Below the pieces are notes generated by a model. It was not told the origin of the DNA and ran no database searches. It saw nothing but the letters and a program-made list of their open reading frames with translations. The translations under genes were made by a program, and so were the position numbers. A stretch of DNA of 63,133 nt, filler included, from Octopus bimaculoides (lineage: Eukaryota), in NCBI RefSeq assembly GCF_001194135.2. It is 6 parts of 5 records of this genome, joined end to end, with 100 filler letters (N's around TTAATTAATTAA, not from the genome) between each part and the next. Parts side by side here need not be neighbours in the genome. Positions count along the whole stretch, not along the records: positions 19,979 to 34,953 come from NC_068987.1; positions 35,054 to 41,218 come from NC_068992.1; 4 more parts are not named here. One strand, written 5' to 3'. The stretch's first letter is position 1; every line of letters begins with the position of its first letter. Below are positions 25,599 through 37,652 of the stretch, in pieces.

Positions 25599-25974
25599 CG
25601 TGCATATATATATNNNNNNNNNNNNNNNNNNNNNNNNNNNNNNNNNNNNNNNNNNNNNNNNNNNNNNNNNNNNNNNNNNNNNNNNNNNNNNNNNNNNNNN
25701 NNNNNNNNNNNNNNNNNNNNNNNNNNNNNNNNNNNNNNNNNNNNNNNNNNNNNNNNNNNNNNNNNNNNNNNNNNNNNNNNNNNNNNNNNNNNNNNNNNNN
25801 NNNNNNNNNNNNNNNNNNNNNNNNNNNNNNNNNNNNNNNNNNNNNNNNNNNNNNNNNNNNNNNNNNNNNNNNNNNNNNNNNNNNNNNNNNNNNNNNNNNN
25901 NNNNNNNNNNNNNNNNNNNNNNNNNNNNNNNNNNNNNNNNNNNNNNNNNNNNNNNNNNNNNNNNNNNNNNCATT

Positions 25975-26066
25975 ACCTATTCCTATGGAAGGTATAATTT
26001 GTAATCTTCGAAACATATGTTGGAAATAAAAGAATTCATTTAACATATGCGTTTTACTCCATTTAC
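25975..26066 (+). repeat. Dispersed repeat related to the PLE 3' end (copy 2)
   Basis: Two substitutions seen versus copy 1. Confidence 0.8.
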
Positions 26067-26699
26067 TCCGGCTGCTTCAGATGCCAAGATATGAAACTTG
26101 TCAAAGTGTAGTACAACGGTTTAACATTTTTCAAAAGTGTAGTAAGTTCCACAAACAAAAGTTTAGCAAAAATATTTCTAACAGAAAATATCATACATGT
26201 ATGGAGCTACGATTTTATGCATCCAACAAAGTATTATTATTAAGCTAATGTAAAAAGAAATGGAATAGTGAAACTATTCTTTCGTTTCCTGAAAAAACAA
26301 CGTTTTGGACTTACGACACGTTTGCATAATAGCAACGATATATATGGAGAGAGAGAAAGAGAGAGGCAGAGGTCTGTATATTAATATCACCAATTGAGAG
26401 ATAGATATGAATATTAAACATCAAGTAGTTGGCAACATATTTGCTAAATGTTATAAATATTGAGCTCTTTTAATGAAGTAGCCAACTACTTGATGTTTCA
26501 TAATCATATATGTCGATCAATTGGTGATATTAATATACAGACCTCTCTCCCTCCCTCTCTTTCTCTCTCTCCCTCTCTCTCACTCTCCCTCTCTCCCTCT
26601 CTCTCTCCATATATATCGTTGCTATTATGCAAAGGTGTCGTAAGTCCAAAACGTAAAGCTAACCTAATCGACTCCAGTATATTACTGGTACTGAAAATG

Positions 26700-27000
26700 A
26701 CTAGGGTATTCGGCTCACGACCATAAGGTCGTTAGTTCGATTCCCGGTGGTGCGTTGTGTCCTTGAACAAAATACTTTATTTCTCGACGCTCCAAATCCA
26801 CTCACCTGGAAAAAATGTTTAGTACCTGTAATTCAAAGGGCCAGCCTTGTCACCCTCTGTGTCACGCTGAATCTCCTTCAGAACTACGTTAAGTGTACGT
26901 GTGTCTGTGGAGTGCTCAGCCACTTGCACATTAATTTCACGAGCAGGTTGTTCGGTTGATCAACTGGAACACACGTGGTCGTAGCTGACGGAGTGCCAGG
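26700..27000 (+). mobile_element. tRNA-derived SINE family C (MetaSINE-like head)
   Basis: gttcgattcccgg B-box-like, then ttgtgtccttgaacaaaatactttatt. Its 3' part is shared with 47745-47920 and its head with 60950-61210 and 62722-62815. Confidence 0.7.
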
Positions 27001-27083
27001 CCATTATCGGTACTAACTAATCGACTTTACCTTAATCCTAGTTGGACTTGAACACGTAATCAGGAGATACCAGAATCGGAAAT

Positions 27084-27571
27084 ATTCTGCTTTAAGCACG
27101 CCATATAACCCCACATAATCTTTTAAACTTTGGAATTTTCCGAAAATTTTTGTGAATTTGTATTCTACACACGAGAATTCATACGAGTATGCAAAAACCC
27201 CAAAAAAATTTGGTGAGTGATTTAAGTACCATGAAGCTGTTATTTTTAGCACATTTCGTGACCACCTTAGGCCTTCCTCATTTGTTTGTCAGCTTGACGT
27301 ATTGATGTTTTTCAATATCTTTCTCCCCTTGAAAACATTTAATGGTCTATTACTGGAATTTAAGCCGAATATTTGGACTGTCCGTATTTTACACTATAAT
27401 TTCTTTTAATTCGAAAATTAATAAAAAAAATTTTAATTTCGAAAAATTAAAAATTTTTTTCAAAGTCGAATGAATATCTGTGTGTAGAATATAAATTCGC
27501 AAAAAAATTTCTGAAAATTCCGAAAAATAAAAAAAGGCATCAGGTGTTATATGGTGTGCTTAAAGCAGAAT
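27084..27571. mobile_element. Foldback/MITE-like element with long imperfect inverted arms
   Basis: attctgctttaagcacgccatataac (27084-27109) pairs with gttatatggtgtgcttaaagcagaat (27546-27571); 27132-27172 pairs with 27480-27521. Confidence 0.75.
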
Positions 27572-27654
27572 TTCGCCCGAGAATCACTATGGCCTGGTAT
27601 TTAATACGATGCATTACTGGCCAGCGTTAGGCTTTCAGCAGGTAAAAATATTCT

Positions 27655-27822
27655 GGATAGGTTTTGGAAGGAATTGAACTCAGCACTACAGGACGATGAA
27701 CCATTCGTCAAACCTAAAATTTAGTCAGTTCATTTGGTGGATTGGTTTTGGAAGGAATTGAACTCAGCACTACAGGACGATGAACCATTCGTCAAACCTA
27801 AAATTTAGTCAGTTCATTTGGT
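27655..27822. repeat. Near-perfect 84-bp tandem duplication
   Basis: 79 bp identical at 27660-27738 and 27744-27822. Confidence 0.9.
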
Positions 27823-28344
27823 AGAGCTGGTTGCGAAATTCGAACCACCGTCACTTTGATGTCACGATCACGATCGTTATTTTTATCAGTGGATTGAACT
27901 TCGACCAGCTAAAAGTAGTAGCCACGTTTTCCTCAAATTGCACGCTAGTGTTTTAAATACAGGAAGGATGCGTTAGGTTGTGTTCTCCATGGTAATCTAT
28001 GTATGCAGAAAAGAGAAGCCGGTCATCGCTGGAGTTCCTTAGATCAGTATTTCACTTGATCACATCTGACCTAGAGCTAAACTATAACAACAACATGACG
28101 CCTGTATGAAGTACAGATCTTCTCCTATTTCAAAATTATTGGTTACAATTTATATCACGAAGTTCATTCGAGTTATCAATTCCACTATCATTTTGTATGT
28201 TGGGTCTTATTTAATAGACTGGCTGAATGGTTAAGCAGTTCGTTTTACAACTATGTGGTCTTGGGTTCAACCTGACATTTTGGGCAAATGTCTTCTACTA
28301 GAACAGAGGTTCTGAACCATTTTTTTATCCCTGGACCCCTTTGA

Positions 28345-28555
28345 TTACTTGTTTCTTTATTGCCCACAAGGGGCTAAACATAGAGGGGACAAACAAAGAC
28401 AGACTTAAGTCGATTACATCGACCCCAGTGCGTAACTGGTACTTAATTTATCGACCCCGAAAGGATGAAAGGCAAAGTCAACCTCGGCGGAATTTGAACT
28501 CAGAACGTAACGGCAGACGATATACCGCTAAGCATTTCGCCCGGCATACTAACGT
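28345..28555 (-). mobile_element. SINE family A with variant tail
   Basis: tttctttattgcccacaaggggctaaacatagaggggacaaac plus family A body. The same tail occurs at 56575 and, inverted, at ~62835-62900. Confidence 0.8.
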
Positions 28556-29220
28556 TTAATTNNNNNNNNNNNNNNNNNNNNNNNNNNNNNNNNNNNNNNN
28601 NNNNNNNNNNNNNNNNNNNNNNNNNNNNNNNNNNNNNNNNNNNNNNNNNNNNNNNNNNNNNNNNNNNNNNNNNNNNNNNNNNNNNNNNNNNNNNNNNNNN
28701 NNNNNNNNNNNNNNNNNNNNNNNNNNNNNNNNNNNNNNNNNNNNNNNNNNNNNNNNNNNNNNNNNNNNNNNNNNNNNNNNNNNNNNNNNNNNNNNNNNNN
28801 NNNNNNNNNNNNNNNNNNNNNNNNNNNNNNNNNNNNNNNNNNNNNNNNNNNNNNNNNNNNNNNNNNNNNNNNNNNNNNNNNNNNNNNNNNNNNNNNNNNN
28901 NNNNNNNNNNNNNNNNNNNNNNNNNNNNNNNNNNNNNNNNNNNNNNNNNNNNNNNNNNNNNNNNNNNNNNNNNNNNNNNNNNNNNNNNNNNNNNNNNNNN
29001 NNNNNNNNNNNNNNNNNNNNNNNNNNNNNNNNNNNNNNNNNNNNNNNNNNNNNNNNNNNNNNNNNNNNNNNNNNNNNNNNNNNNNNNNNNNNNNNNNNNN
29101 NNNNNNNNNNNNNNNNNNNNNNNNNNNNNNNNNNNNNNNNNNNNNNNNNNNNNNNNNNNNNNNNNNNNNNNNNNNNNNNNNNNNNNNNNNNNNNNNNNNN
29201 NNTCTCTCTCCCTCTCTCTC

Positions 29221-29265
<45 letters not shown>

Positions 29266-29690
29266 TCAATTTCAAACAGAAAATTTGAAAATTATTGGAT
29301 ACGAACAAATGGTGGTCAAATCACGTAAATTCCTGTTTGTACGTCATTGCATGTGACTATGTATGTGAATGTATGTATGGTTGTATGTGGATAGGACGGT
29401 CTTTATTCGAACGTGTGTGTGTGTGTGTGTGTGTGTGCGCGTGTTTTTCTCTGCGTGTATGTGCATGTATTTTTTGCGCGCGCATGTGTGTGTACGCGCG
29501 CGCATATGTCGGGAGGTGCCTGTGTGTGCGTGCGCAATTTTGATTTCTTAAATTCATACTCTGTCGACAACTCAACATGATATTTGTCCTTCTAACAGTA
29601 ACTCATTCGCCACAGGATCAGCTGTTGGCCTTGGTTCATAGAAAACAACACCTCTCTCTCTCCTTTTCTCTCGCTGTTTCTTTCTCCCTC

Positions 29691-29760
<70 letters not shown>

Positions 29761-32592
29761 CACATATACACACATATATGTTCTTTCTGTATTTCAATAT
29801 GTGCACATATATACATATACATACATATNNNNNNNNNNNNNNNNNNNNNNNNNNNNNNNNNNNNNNNNNNNNNNNNNNNNNNNNNNNNNNNNNNNNNNNN
29901 NNNNNNNNNNNNNNNNNNNNNNNNNNNNNNNNNNNNNNNNNNNNNNNNNNNNNNNNNNNNNNNNNNNNNNNNNNNNNNNNNNNNNNNNNNNNNNNNNNNN
30001 NNNNNNNNNNNNNNNNNNNNNNNNNNNNNNNNNNNNNNNNNNNNNNNNNNNNNNNNNNNNNNNNNNNNNNNNNNNNNNNNNNNNNNNNNNNNNNNNNNNN
30101 NNNNNNNNNNNNNNNNNNNNNNNNNNNNNNNNNNNNNNNNNNNNNNNNNNNNNNNNNNNNNNNNNNNNNNNNNNNNNNNNNNNNNNNNNNNNNNNNNNNN
30201 NNNNNNNNNNNNNNNNNNNNNNNNNNNNNNNNNNNNNNNNNNNNNNNNNNNNNNNNNNNNNNNNNNNNNNNNNNNNNNNNNNNNNNNNNNNNNNNNNNNN
30301 NNNNNNNNNNNNNNNNNNNNNNNNNNNNNNNNNNNNNNNNNNNNNNNNNNNNNNNNNNNNNNNNNNNNNNNNNNNNNNNNNNNNNNNNNNNNNNNNNNNN
30401 NNNNNNNNNNNNNNNNNNNNNNNNNNNNNNNNNNNNNNNNNNNNNNNNNNNNNNNNNNNNNNNNNNNNNNNNNNNNNNNNNNNNNNNNNNNNNNNNNNNN
30501 NNNNNNNNNNNNNNNNNNNNNNNNNNNNNNNNNNNNNNNNNNNNNNNNNNNNNNNNNNNNNNNNNNNNNNNNNNNNNNNNNNNNNNNNNNNNNNNNNNNN
30601 NNNNNNNNNNNNNNNNNNNNNNNNNNNNNNNNNNNNNNNNNNNNNNNNNNNNNNNNNNNNNNNNNNNNNNNNNNNNNNNNNNNNNNNNNNNNNNNNNNNN
30701 NNNNNNNNNNNNNNNNNNNNNNNNNNNNNNNNNNNNNNNNNNNNNNNNNNNNNNNNNNNNNNNNNNNNNNNNNNNNNNNNNNNNNNNNNNNATAAGGAGT
30801 AACAACAATGATGACAACAACAATAACGACAGCAGTGATGAAAATGTATCGAACCAAAAGCTGAAGAACGAAAAATGACAATCTCTCCGTCCTCACGTCC
30901 TTATACAGGCATCAGGTTTAACATCTTCTCAAATAGCCAAACATATACGTTACGATACAACAACAAGATAGCGAGTCAAAGAGGGAAACTCCACGTGGTG
31001 GCTGTGTCTTCAAGGAACAACAATCAAGATACCTTCAAATCAAATTTACAGTCTTGGGAAGGAAGGACACAGTGCATGATGAAGTCCTAGATATATCGTT
31101 CTCTTTTTTTTCTTTAATTTCTTTTCTGCTGCTGCTTTCAGTCAGTGGCCTTTGGCCATATTGGGCTACGGTCATTAAATATTTTCAATCATATCGACGC
31201 GAGTAATCGAAGGAGAACGGTGGGCAAAGTCGATCGAACATAAAGGAAGGCAACACAATATATTTTTGTTTGACGCAGTTGCCGTCTCGTGCCACACAGT
31301 TTCCATCAACCAAATTTCACTCACAACGTTTATGTTCGAGTTATGACTAAAAAAAAAATAAAATGATAGGATGGTTACAGTCCTACGTCATTTGATTTGA
31401 ATTAGATGATCTGGGGCTAACTAACAAAAACGACAATAACAGTAACAATCTTCAGATTTTCAAAAGGCGATAAATGTGTACAGCTTCATTTTTTTCTCGA
31501 TTAGATCATCCATAATACGTAACTAGAATATGGTTTAGTGACTGTAGAAAACTAAATCAACTCTGAAATGATTTTGAACGCTCGGTATATCTCTAGTTCG
31601 GTGCTCTGCTTTTTCTGCTAATCCACTGGCTTAAATTTATTTTGCTTCATTCCTTTCAATTAGTTTTTTGAGAGAGAGAGTCAGACAGACAGAATGTGTG
31701 TGCGTGTGAGAGAGAGGGGGAAGAGAGGGGGGGAGAAAGAGGGAGAGTTAGCAGCAATATAGGGCGTCGCAGATGGATGATATTGACATGTCTCAGATTG
31801 AGCAGCACTTCGTGAAAAATCGAATTATGAGTTTGCTGCCACATCATGCCTTTGTCATCGGGAGTATTTTGTTCTTTCATTTCTAACAGCAGAGGCCTTT
31901 ACTCTAACAATATAAACTTTGTGTTTCACGATGAAGAAATGATCAAAAGATATATTCGCCGTTAAGCACCTTGGTCATAAGGCTGTTCGTAATCATCTCT
32001 TCTAATTTACACTTCAGTTCCCTCTTGAGTCTAATTTTCTAATTCGATACTATTTGGCAAAATGTTGTCGACTGTACTCTAATTGCACTTTTTAGGGTAC
32101 TCCGTCACTTATTTTTGACAATTACCTCAACTTTTGTTTATCTAATTCATTAATTCGGTAGCTGTATTACGTGTTCAGCTTCCAATACTCAGAGTCCCTG
32201 TCTAGGCAGCCAATCTAAGTCAACCACGCAGATTTCTCCATGTGGTAACTGTCGTCACCAAAATCTCTAACCTAACAAAACAACAACTACCTAATACGCA
32301 TACCTTGTCTGCTCTAGCACGTGGAGCTTATAAGGAAAGAATCGTTGTAGTCCCCAGCAAAAGTATACATGTGACCCGAACTGACTAAAGAAGGTCCAAA
32401 TATTCTTGCTAAGAAGTCGTTTAAACTTCTTTTAAATTCTCAAGACTCGAACTTTGTACATTTGAAGATGCAAAGCCGAACTGCACCCACGAAACGTTAA
32501 GTAATCTAGAATTAAGTCAAGCAATTGACTGCATTCGACACTTACCGCTCTAACTAAATGTGTTGAATTCTATTCTATTCTCCTTCTCTCTA

Positions 32593-32693
<101 letters not shown>

Positions 32694-33406
32694 ATATATA
32701 TATATATATATATACATGCATACATGGGTCCAGGATATATGGTGCAAATAACATGAAATACTTTAGCGACAAGAAAAAATGGAAAACAGGACAAGTAAAC
32801 ACAGAGAAAGGACCCTTCATCAGTTGTCAGCTGTCTGTCTACTCCTCATTTCGAGCATTCACCGACAATATGAGTCTTCAAAGACAGTTGCTCCCATAAA
32901 TTCTAAAATAAAATTTAGGATTTACGGAAAGTCAAAGTTAGGAACATAAAAACGACAGTGGTGACATACATGGAAACCGAACGAAAACAAACATGGAGGG
33001 TCGTTAGTCCAGAACGAGAGGAAAATAGTGAACGCTGGGAGGAACATTTTTTTGAAAAGAGAAAAGATCGAAGAAAGTGAGAAAAACACGTCTGTATTTT
33101 TTAACGTCCGTGCAGGAAAAGAAAGAGGAACGATGGTCACGTGTGAACAACGAGAGAAAGAGAAAGAGAGGGAGAGACAGATAGAAAACTGTGAAGTAGA
33201 GAGGGAGAGAAAAAGGGAATTAGAGAAGGGTGGAGGAAGAAACATGTTTATATGCTTATATATATATATATAGTTCAAAAAAACAATAACAAAAAAACAA
33301 AAAAACNNNNNNNNNNNNNNNNNNNNNNNNNNNNNNNNNNNNNNNNNNNNNNNNNNNNNNNNNNNNNNNNNNNNNNNNNNNNNNNNNNNNNNNNNNNNNN
33401 NNNNNN

Positions 33407-33448
<42 letters not shown>

Positions 33449-34953
33449 GTATGCATACATTCATAAACATATACATACACAATTGTAAGTAAATACAATT
33501 AAAATGCGTGGACAAAGAAAAACAAAAAATGGACAACCTATCCACACACGAGAGAGAAGCTTTCATTTATGTTGAATTAGAGTACCCTACAACTCGGACC
33601 CCTTTGCGCTCTTGATTCTTATATTCCAATTCTTGCATTACATTTCTAATTTTTCCTTTTCGGTCAGATCATCCAGGCCATCCAGCAGACTTATCTAAAA
33701 TTCCTCTTTGATACAGGCGCCTATGCATTTCCTATCATCCTTGTGAGAATGTGTCTACTCCTTGTTGGCCAAAGATGCCGTTAGCTTGATTCTGTTTCTC
33801 TTTCGCACCTTTCTTCTTAATTTTGCAGTCCCTTGCCACTCCAATTTATCTTCTATTCGCCCTTCGTTGTCGCAAGATAATGGGTTGTTACTACGAGGAG
33901 GAAGCCCTTGACGTCATAGTAGTCGACTGCAGGCACTGAGAATGAAGCAATTTATCCCACCATATCCTTGCCCTGAAAAACAATGCTGAACACAGCTCAG
34001 GAGCACAGAGGTATACCTGGCGGGTGCAGTAGAAACTCACATAAAACTGTTGAAAACATGGTGATATATAATATGCCACAAGGGGGATGGAAACGAGAAG
34101 GAGACGATGATGAAGAAGACCAAAGATACATAAAAATAATAAACAAAGATGAAGTAATAACATTGAACTACAATATCAACGATAACAATCACAACAACAT
34201 ACACTGACTAAATGCACAAGATTGCATCTGTGTACGTGACACATAATCTTACACGAGGCATCACGAACAAATGTCTTTTCAAAATTCAAGGCCAAGCTGT
34301 ATTCTGTTCGGTTCTGTTTCGTTTTTTTGCTTGTTTGTTGATTTGTGTCGTTGAGGGGGGTTTGTTTGTTTTTTTGGATTTTTTTGCCGACCTAACTACT
34401 TCTGCTTTTTTCTAGAGTCGCCGTACTGTTCTGTGCAGTGTGTGATAACAACAACAACAACAACATGTATTATGAGTTGCTTTTGATACACGTGATGTCC
34501 AAACAACAAGGTCAAATTCTATTCATGACCCATTACCATCTGACTGCAAAAGAAATGATGAACGCCACAACGAATCGCAACAGGTTGCTGTGGTTTTTAG
34601 CATCAGATCAGCCCTAATTTAGCAAAACTATGTTAAAAGATTTTCTATCCATAACATCCACCTTTTTCAAGTGTTGTGTATACCGGACTATATTATCCAG
34701 TGTATCTTCTCAAGACTGTGTAGAATGATTTGAGAGAGATGTGGCTACTATATCTTGCAGGCTGTACAATTAAAGGCTCCGTCTGTTGCCTGTCGTTGAA
34801 TGTTTCATAAAGACGTCGTTGGTCTCCAGACGTTGTGGTAATGAAAGGACGAGAGACGAATATTTTCGCTATCTCTTGGAATTTTTTACTGATTACCAGA
34901 CAGTCGATAAGATAACAGACAGATAAACGGCCCCAAAAATGCTGGTTCACGTC

Positions 34954-35053
34954 NNNNNNNNNNNNNNNNNNNNNNNNNNNNNNNNNNNNNNNNNNNNTTA
35001 ATTAATTAANNNNNNNNNNNNNNNNNNNNNNNNNNNNNNNNNNNNNNNNNNNN
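34954..35053. other. Artificial scaffold-join linker 3
   Basis: Same 100-bp structure. Confidence 0.92.
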
Positions 35054-35130
<77 letters not shown>

Positions 35131-35144
35131 TACACACAAAGATG

Positions 35145-35385
35145 TGAATACATCTATATTTTTGAGATGATGTATGTGGTTTGTGAGTGTTGTAGGTTTA
35201 GTATGTTTATCGTATCTAAAAGAATGGAGCTGAGCAGCATATCGTTGTTTAAGACATTTGGTTGATCCTATGCATATCGTAGTAAAGTTGTGCAATAAAT
35301 AAAGGAGACTACATTTGTAAATTACATTATATCCTCTGCAATGGGTTTGTAACTGGCAGTTTGTTCCAGAACACCAACTACATAC
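35145..35385 (-). pseudogene. Second, divergent Penelope-like GIY-YIG fragment on the opposite strand
   Basis: Extending ORF 35002..35295 upstream by hand gives CSWCSGTNCQLQTHCRGYNVIYKCSLLYLLHNFTTICIGSTKCLKQRYAAQLHSFRYDKHTKPTTLTNHIHHLKN. This follows the same C..C/NVIY/IG/SFR/LxxHI pattern as the plus-strand copy. Confidence 0.7.
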
Positions 35386-35589
35386 TTCATTTCAAAAGTA
35401 CAAATATACCCTATAGGCTAACATGACTTATACTGGATTCAGGGCTTCCCTACTGAGGTCAACGTCCAACCTGCAAGTTTTGCCTGAAGGAGGCACTTCA
35501 CATAGATATCACTCACATGAGAGAGGAGACCCAACTGGCTCTAAACACTTTAACAAATTCAAAAATCTTTATTTATTTAACTACATTAA

Positions 35590-36426
35590 TACTGTAACTA
35601 GATCTGTTGATAATAATATCTTGCTGATCCTCCCGTTTGGGAAGCAAGTTAAATCAAATTTGGTCCGGCAATTCCGAGACGCGGTGAGTAGGAACTTTCC
35701 TAAGGGTTCCCACTATTACCCTATTACCCTATAATTAACTCGCATAAGGTTAGAATTGGGTTTTCTAATACTAAAAATTTGTTACAGATTATTTCTTCCT
35801 ATAATCTCAGGTTTTTATATTCTTCTCTAGACAGCCATCCCAGTTATGATAATAATAATAGTAATGTTCATACCAATAACAATAATAATTACTCCAATAA
35901 TTTAACACACACAAATGATGGCAATAGTAATTTAGGTATTAATATAGGTAGTATGTACAATATTAGGAATCATAAAAATATCTGTAACATTAATAAGATT
36001 AGCATCTCGGAGTTAAATCCTAATAGATTTAAGTTTTTAAGTGCGAATGCAAAGACTAAGAATGTGGTTTATCAATGCAAGGCAATGTCTCACGCTGATG
36101 TCTCGTTTTACGTAGGTAACTCATCGACGCAGGTCTCCAAGAGAATATCGAACCATTATTCTTCATTTAGGGATAGGAATAAAGCTAACACCAACGGCCT
36201 AAGTAATTTTATTTGGGAACTGATAGATTGCAATAAACAATTCTCTTTGGAATGGTCTATACTGGCTACTTTAGTTCCCTACGACAAAGGTAAGGATTTT
36301 TGTACTCTTTGTAACTTAGAGCTTTTCCATATTCTGTTCTCCAAAAATTGCCTAGTTAACCAGATAACATAGAGGGTGTATCGTTGTCAGCACTACAAGA
36401 GACATACCTTCATTTATTATCATTGA
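35590..36426 (+). pseudogene. Penelope-like retroelement ORF remnant: post-RT linker plus C-terminal GIY-YIG endonuclease
   Basis: ILPFGKQVKSNLVRQFRDAVSRNFPKGSHYYP...FSNTKNLLQIISSYN and KNVVYQC...FYVGNSSTQVSKRISNHYSSFR...LSNFIWEL...WSIL...CTLCNLELFHIL resemble, from memory, the PLE linker/GIY-YIG pattern. Two lesions: an 8-bp duplication (ctattacc x2, 35713-35728) that shifts the frame, and TAG at 36370-36372. Confidence 0.8.
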
Positions 36427-36504
36427 TTCCAACTTTCCAACTTGTTTAGGTTTTAAGTATTATTATTATTATTCTATTTTTTTTTACCAAATGTCTTCTG
36501 AATA

Positions 36505-36984
36505 ATATCTACTTCTGCATCCACCGCCACTTGTCTTTTATTTTCCCCTTCTATAGTTGATTAAGCAATTTCCTTCGCAGTAATGCTACTTGAGTTGCTT
36601 TGTACCACTAGTTACTTTGTCTTAATATACCTGATCTTCTCCTTGTAAGCATGTATATTGTTGTTGTTATTATTTCTCAGCAAAATATCTTGTACCTTGT
36701 TCTTCCATTGATTTGCGTTAACATCCGTATATTAATATATTACAAGGTAATGATATTTCATTTATCATGTTTACCTTCTTCGCTTCAAATCAGTATGTTA
36801 TTAATTTTAATATTTTTAATATAATCTCAAACAATATCTATTTCTACCTCCATCACCACTTGTTCTTTATTTTCCCTTCTATAGTTAGTTAACTAAATTC
36901 TTCCTAGTAATACTACACTGATTGTTGTTCGTACCATTGGTAACTTCAACTAAATATTTCCAATCTTCTCCTTGTAAGCGTGTA

Positions 36985-37048
<64 letters not shown>

Positions 37049-37183
37049 TCTCAAGTAAATATCCTGTACCTTGTTTTACCACTAACTTGCGTTAATATCT
37101 GTAAAATAATATATATTACTAGGCTATGATGCTTTATTTATTTTTTATATTTACTCTCTTCACTTTATATTAGTATGTTATTA
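36505..37183. repeat. Diverged ~330-bp tandem duplication
   Basis: Units at ~36505-36804 and ~36834-37183 are collinear; the second has an (ATT)n expansion. Confidence 0.8.
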
Positions 37184-37480
37184 GTTTTTTCCTTAAGAAA
37201 TTTTTTTTATATTTGATGAACTCTTTTGATTCTCTCCCTTCCTCCACTTTTGAATTAGCATTTAGCTTTCGACTTTAGTTTACTTTACTGTGATCTATTT
37301 TGCCCTCCCCCACCATTTTAATCATTTAATTTAAACCTTTAATATAGCGTTTACAGCCCCCTCCCTTTATAACACTATGTAAACAAGCGTTCTTACTTCT
37401 AATGGTCACTTACTTGGCCATGTAATATTATAACTCGTAAGTTACCTCATCATTTCGCATTTGTCTTGCTTCTATATGTT

Positions 37481-37571
37481 GGTTCCCTGACGATGAATAC
37501 ATGTAGAATTCCAGCAGCTCTTACTTCTTTGGAGTAGAGTGCACATATATTTTGAAACATATGTAGGAATT
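37481..37571 (+). ncRNA. Type I hammerhead-ribozyme-like motif (partly decayed)
   Basis: Stem I GGTTCC/GGAATT; core CTGACGA (37487-37493); long branched stem II; GAAA-C (37554); palindromic stem III ACATATGT; cleavage triplet GUA. The stem II closing pair is U.U rather than the canonical G-C. Confidence 0.55.
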
Positions 37572-37615
37572 AAAGGAACTTTTATTTATATGCGTTTTGC
37601 TCCCTTTATTGTTAT

Positions 37616-37652
<37 letters not shown>

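Larger units (their letters stand above)
35540..37600 (+). mobile_element. 5'-truncated Penelope-like element (EN region, duplicated 3' region, terminal hammerhead-like motif)
   Basis: GIY-YIG remnant, then a diverged ~330-bp tandem duplication, then a CTGACGA...GAAAC motif at 37481-37571. Boundaries approximate; assigning the 3' part to the same element is inferred. Confidence 0.6.

Noticed and set aside
32815-32870. Additional CTGATGA motif on the minus strand
   Set aside because: No correctly placed downstream GAAA or stems could be built.
33909-33916. Perfect CRE (TGACGTCA) with a TATA-like sequence ~150 bp downstream
   Set aside because: One 8-mer in 63 kb is expected by chance, and nothing else supports a promoter.
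35590-36426. Selenocysteine recoding as reported for some PLE clades
   Set aside because: The internal interruptions are a frameshift and a TAG; the only in-frame TGA is at the apparent natural end.
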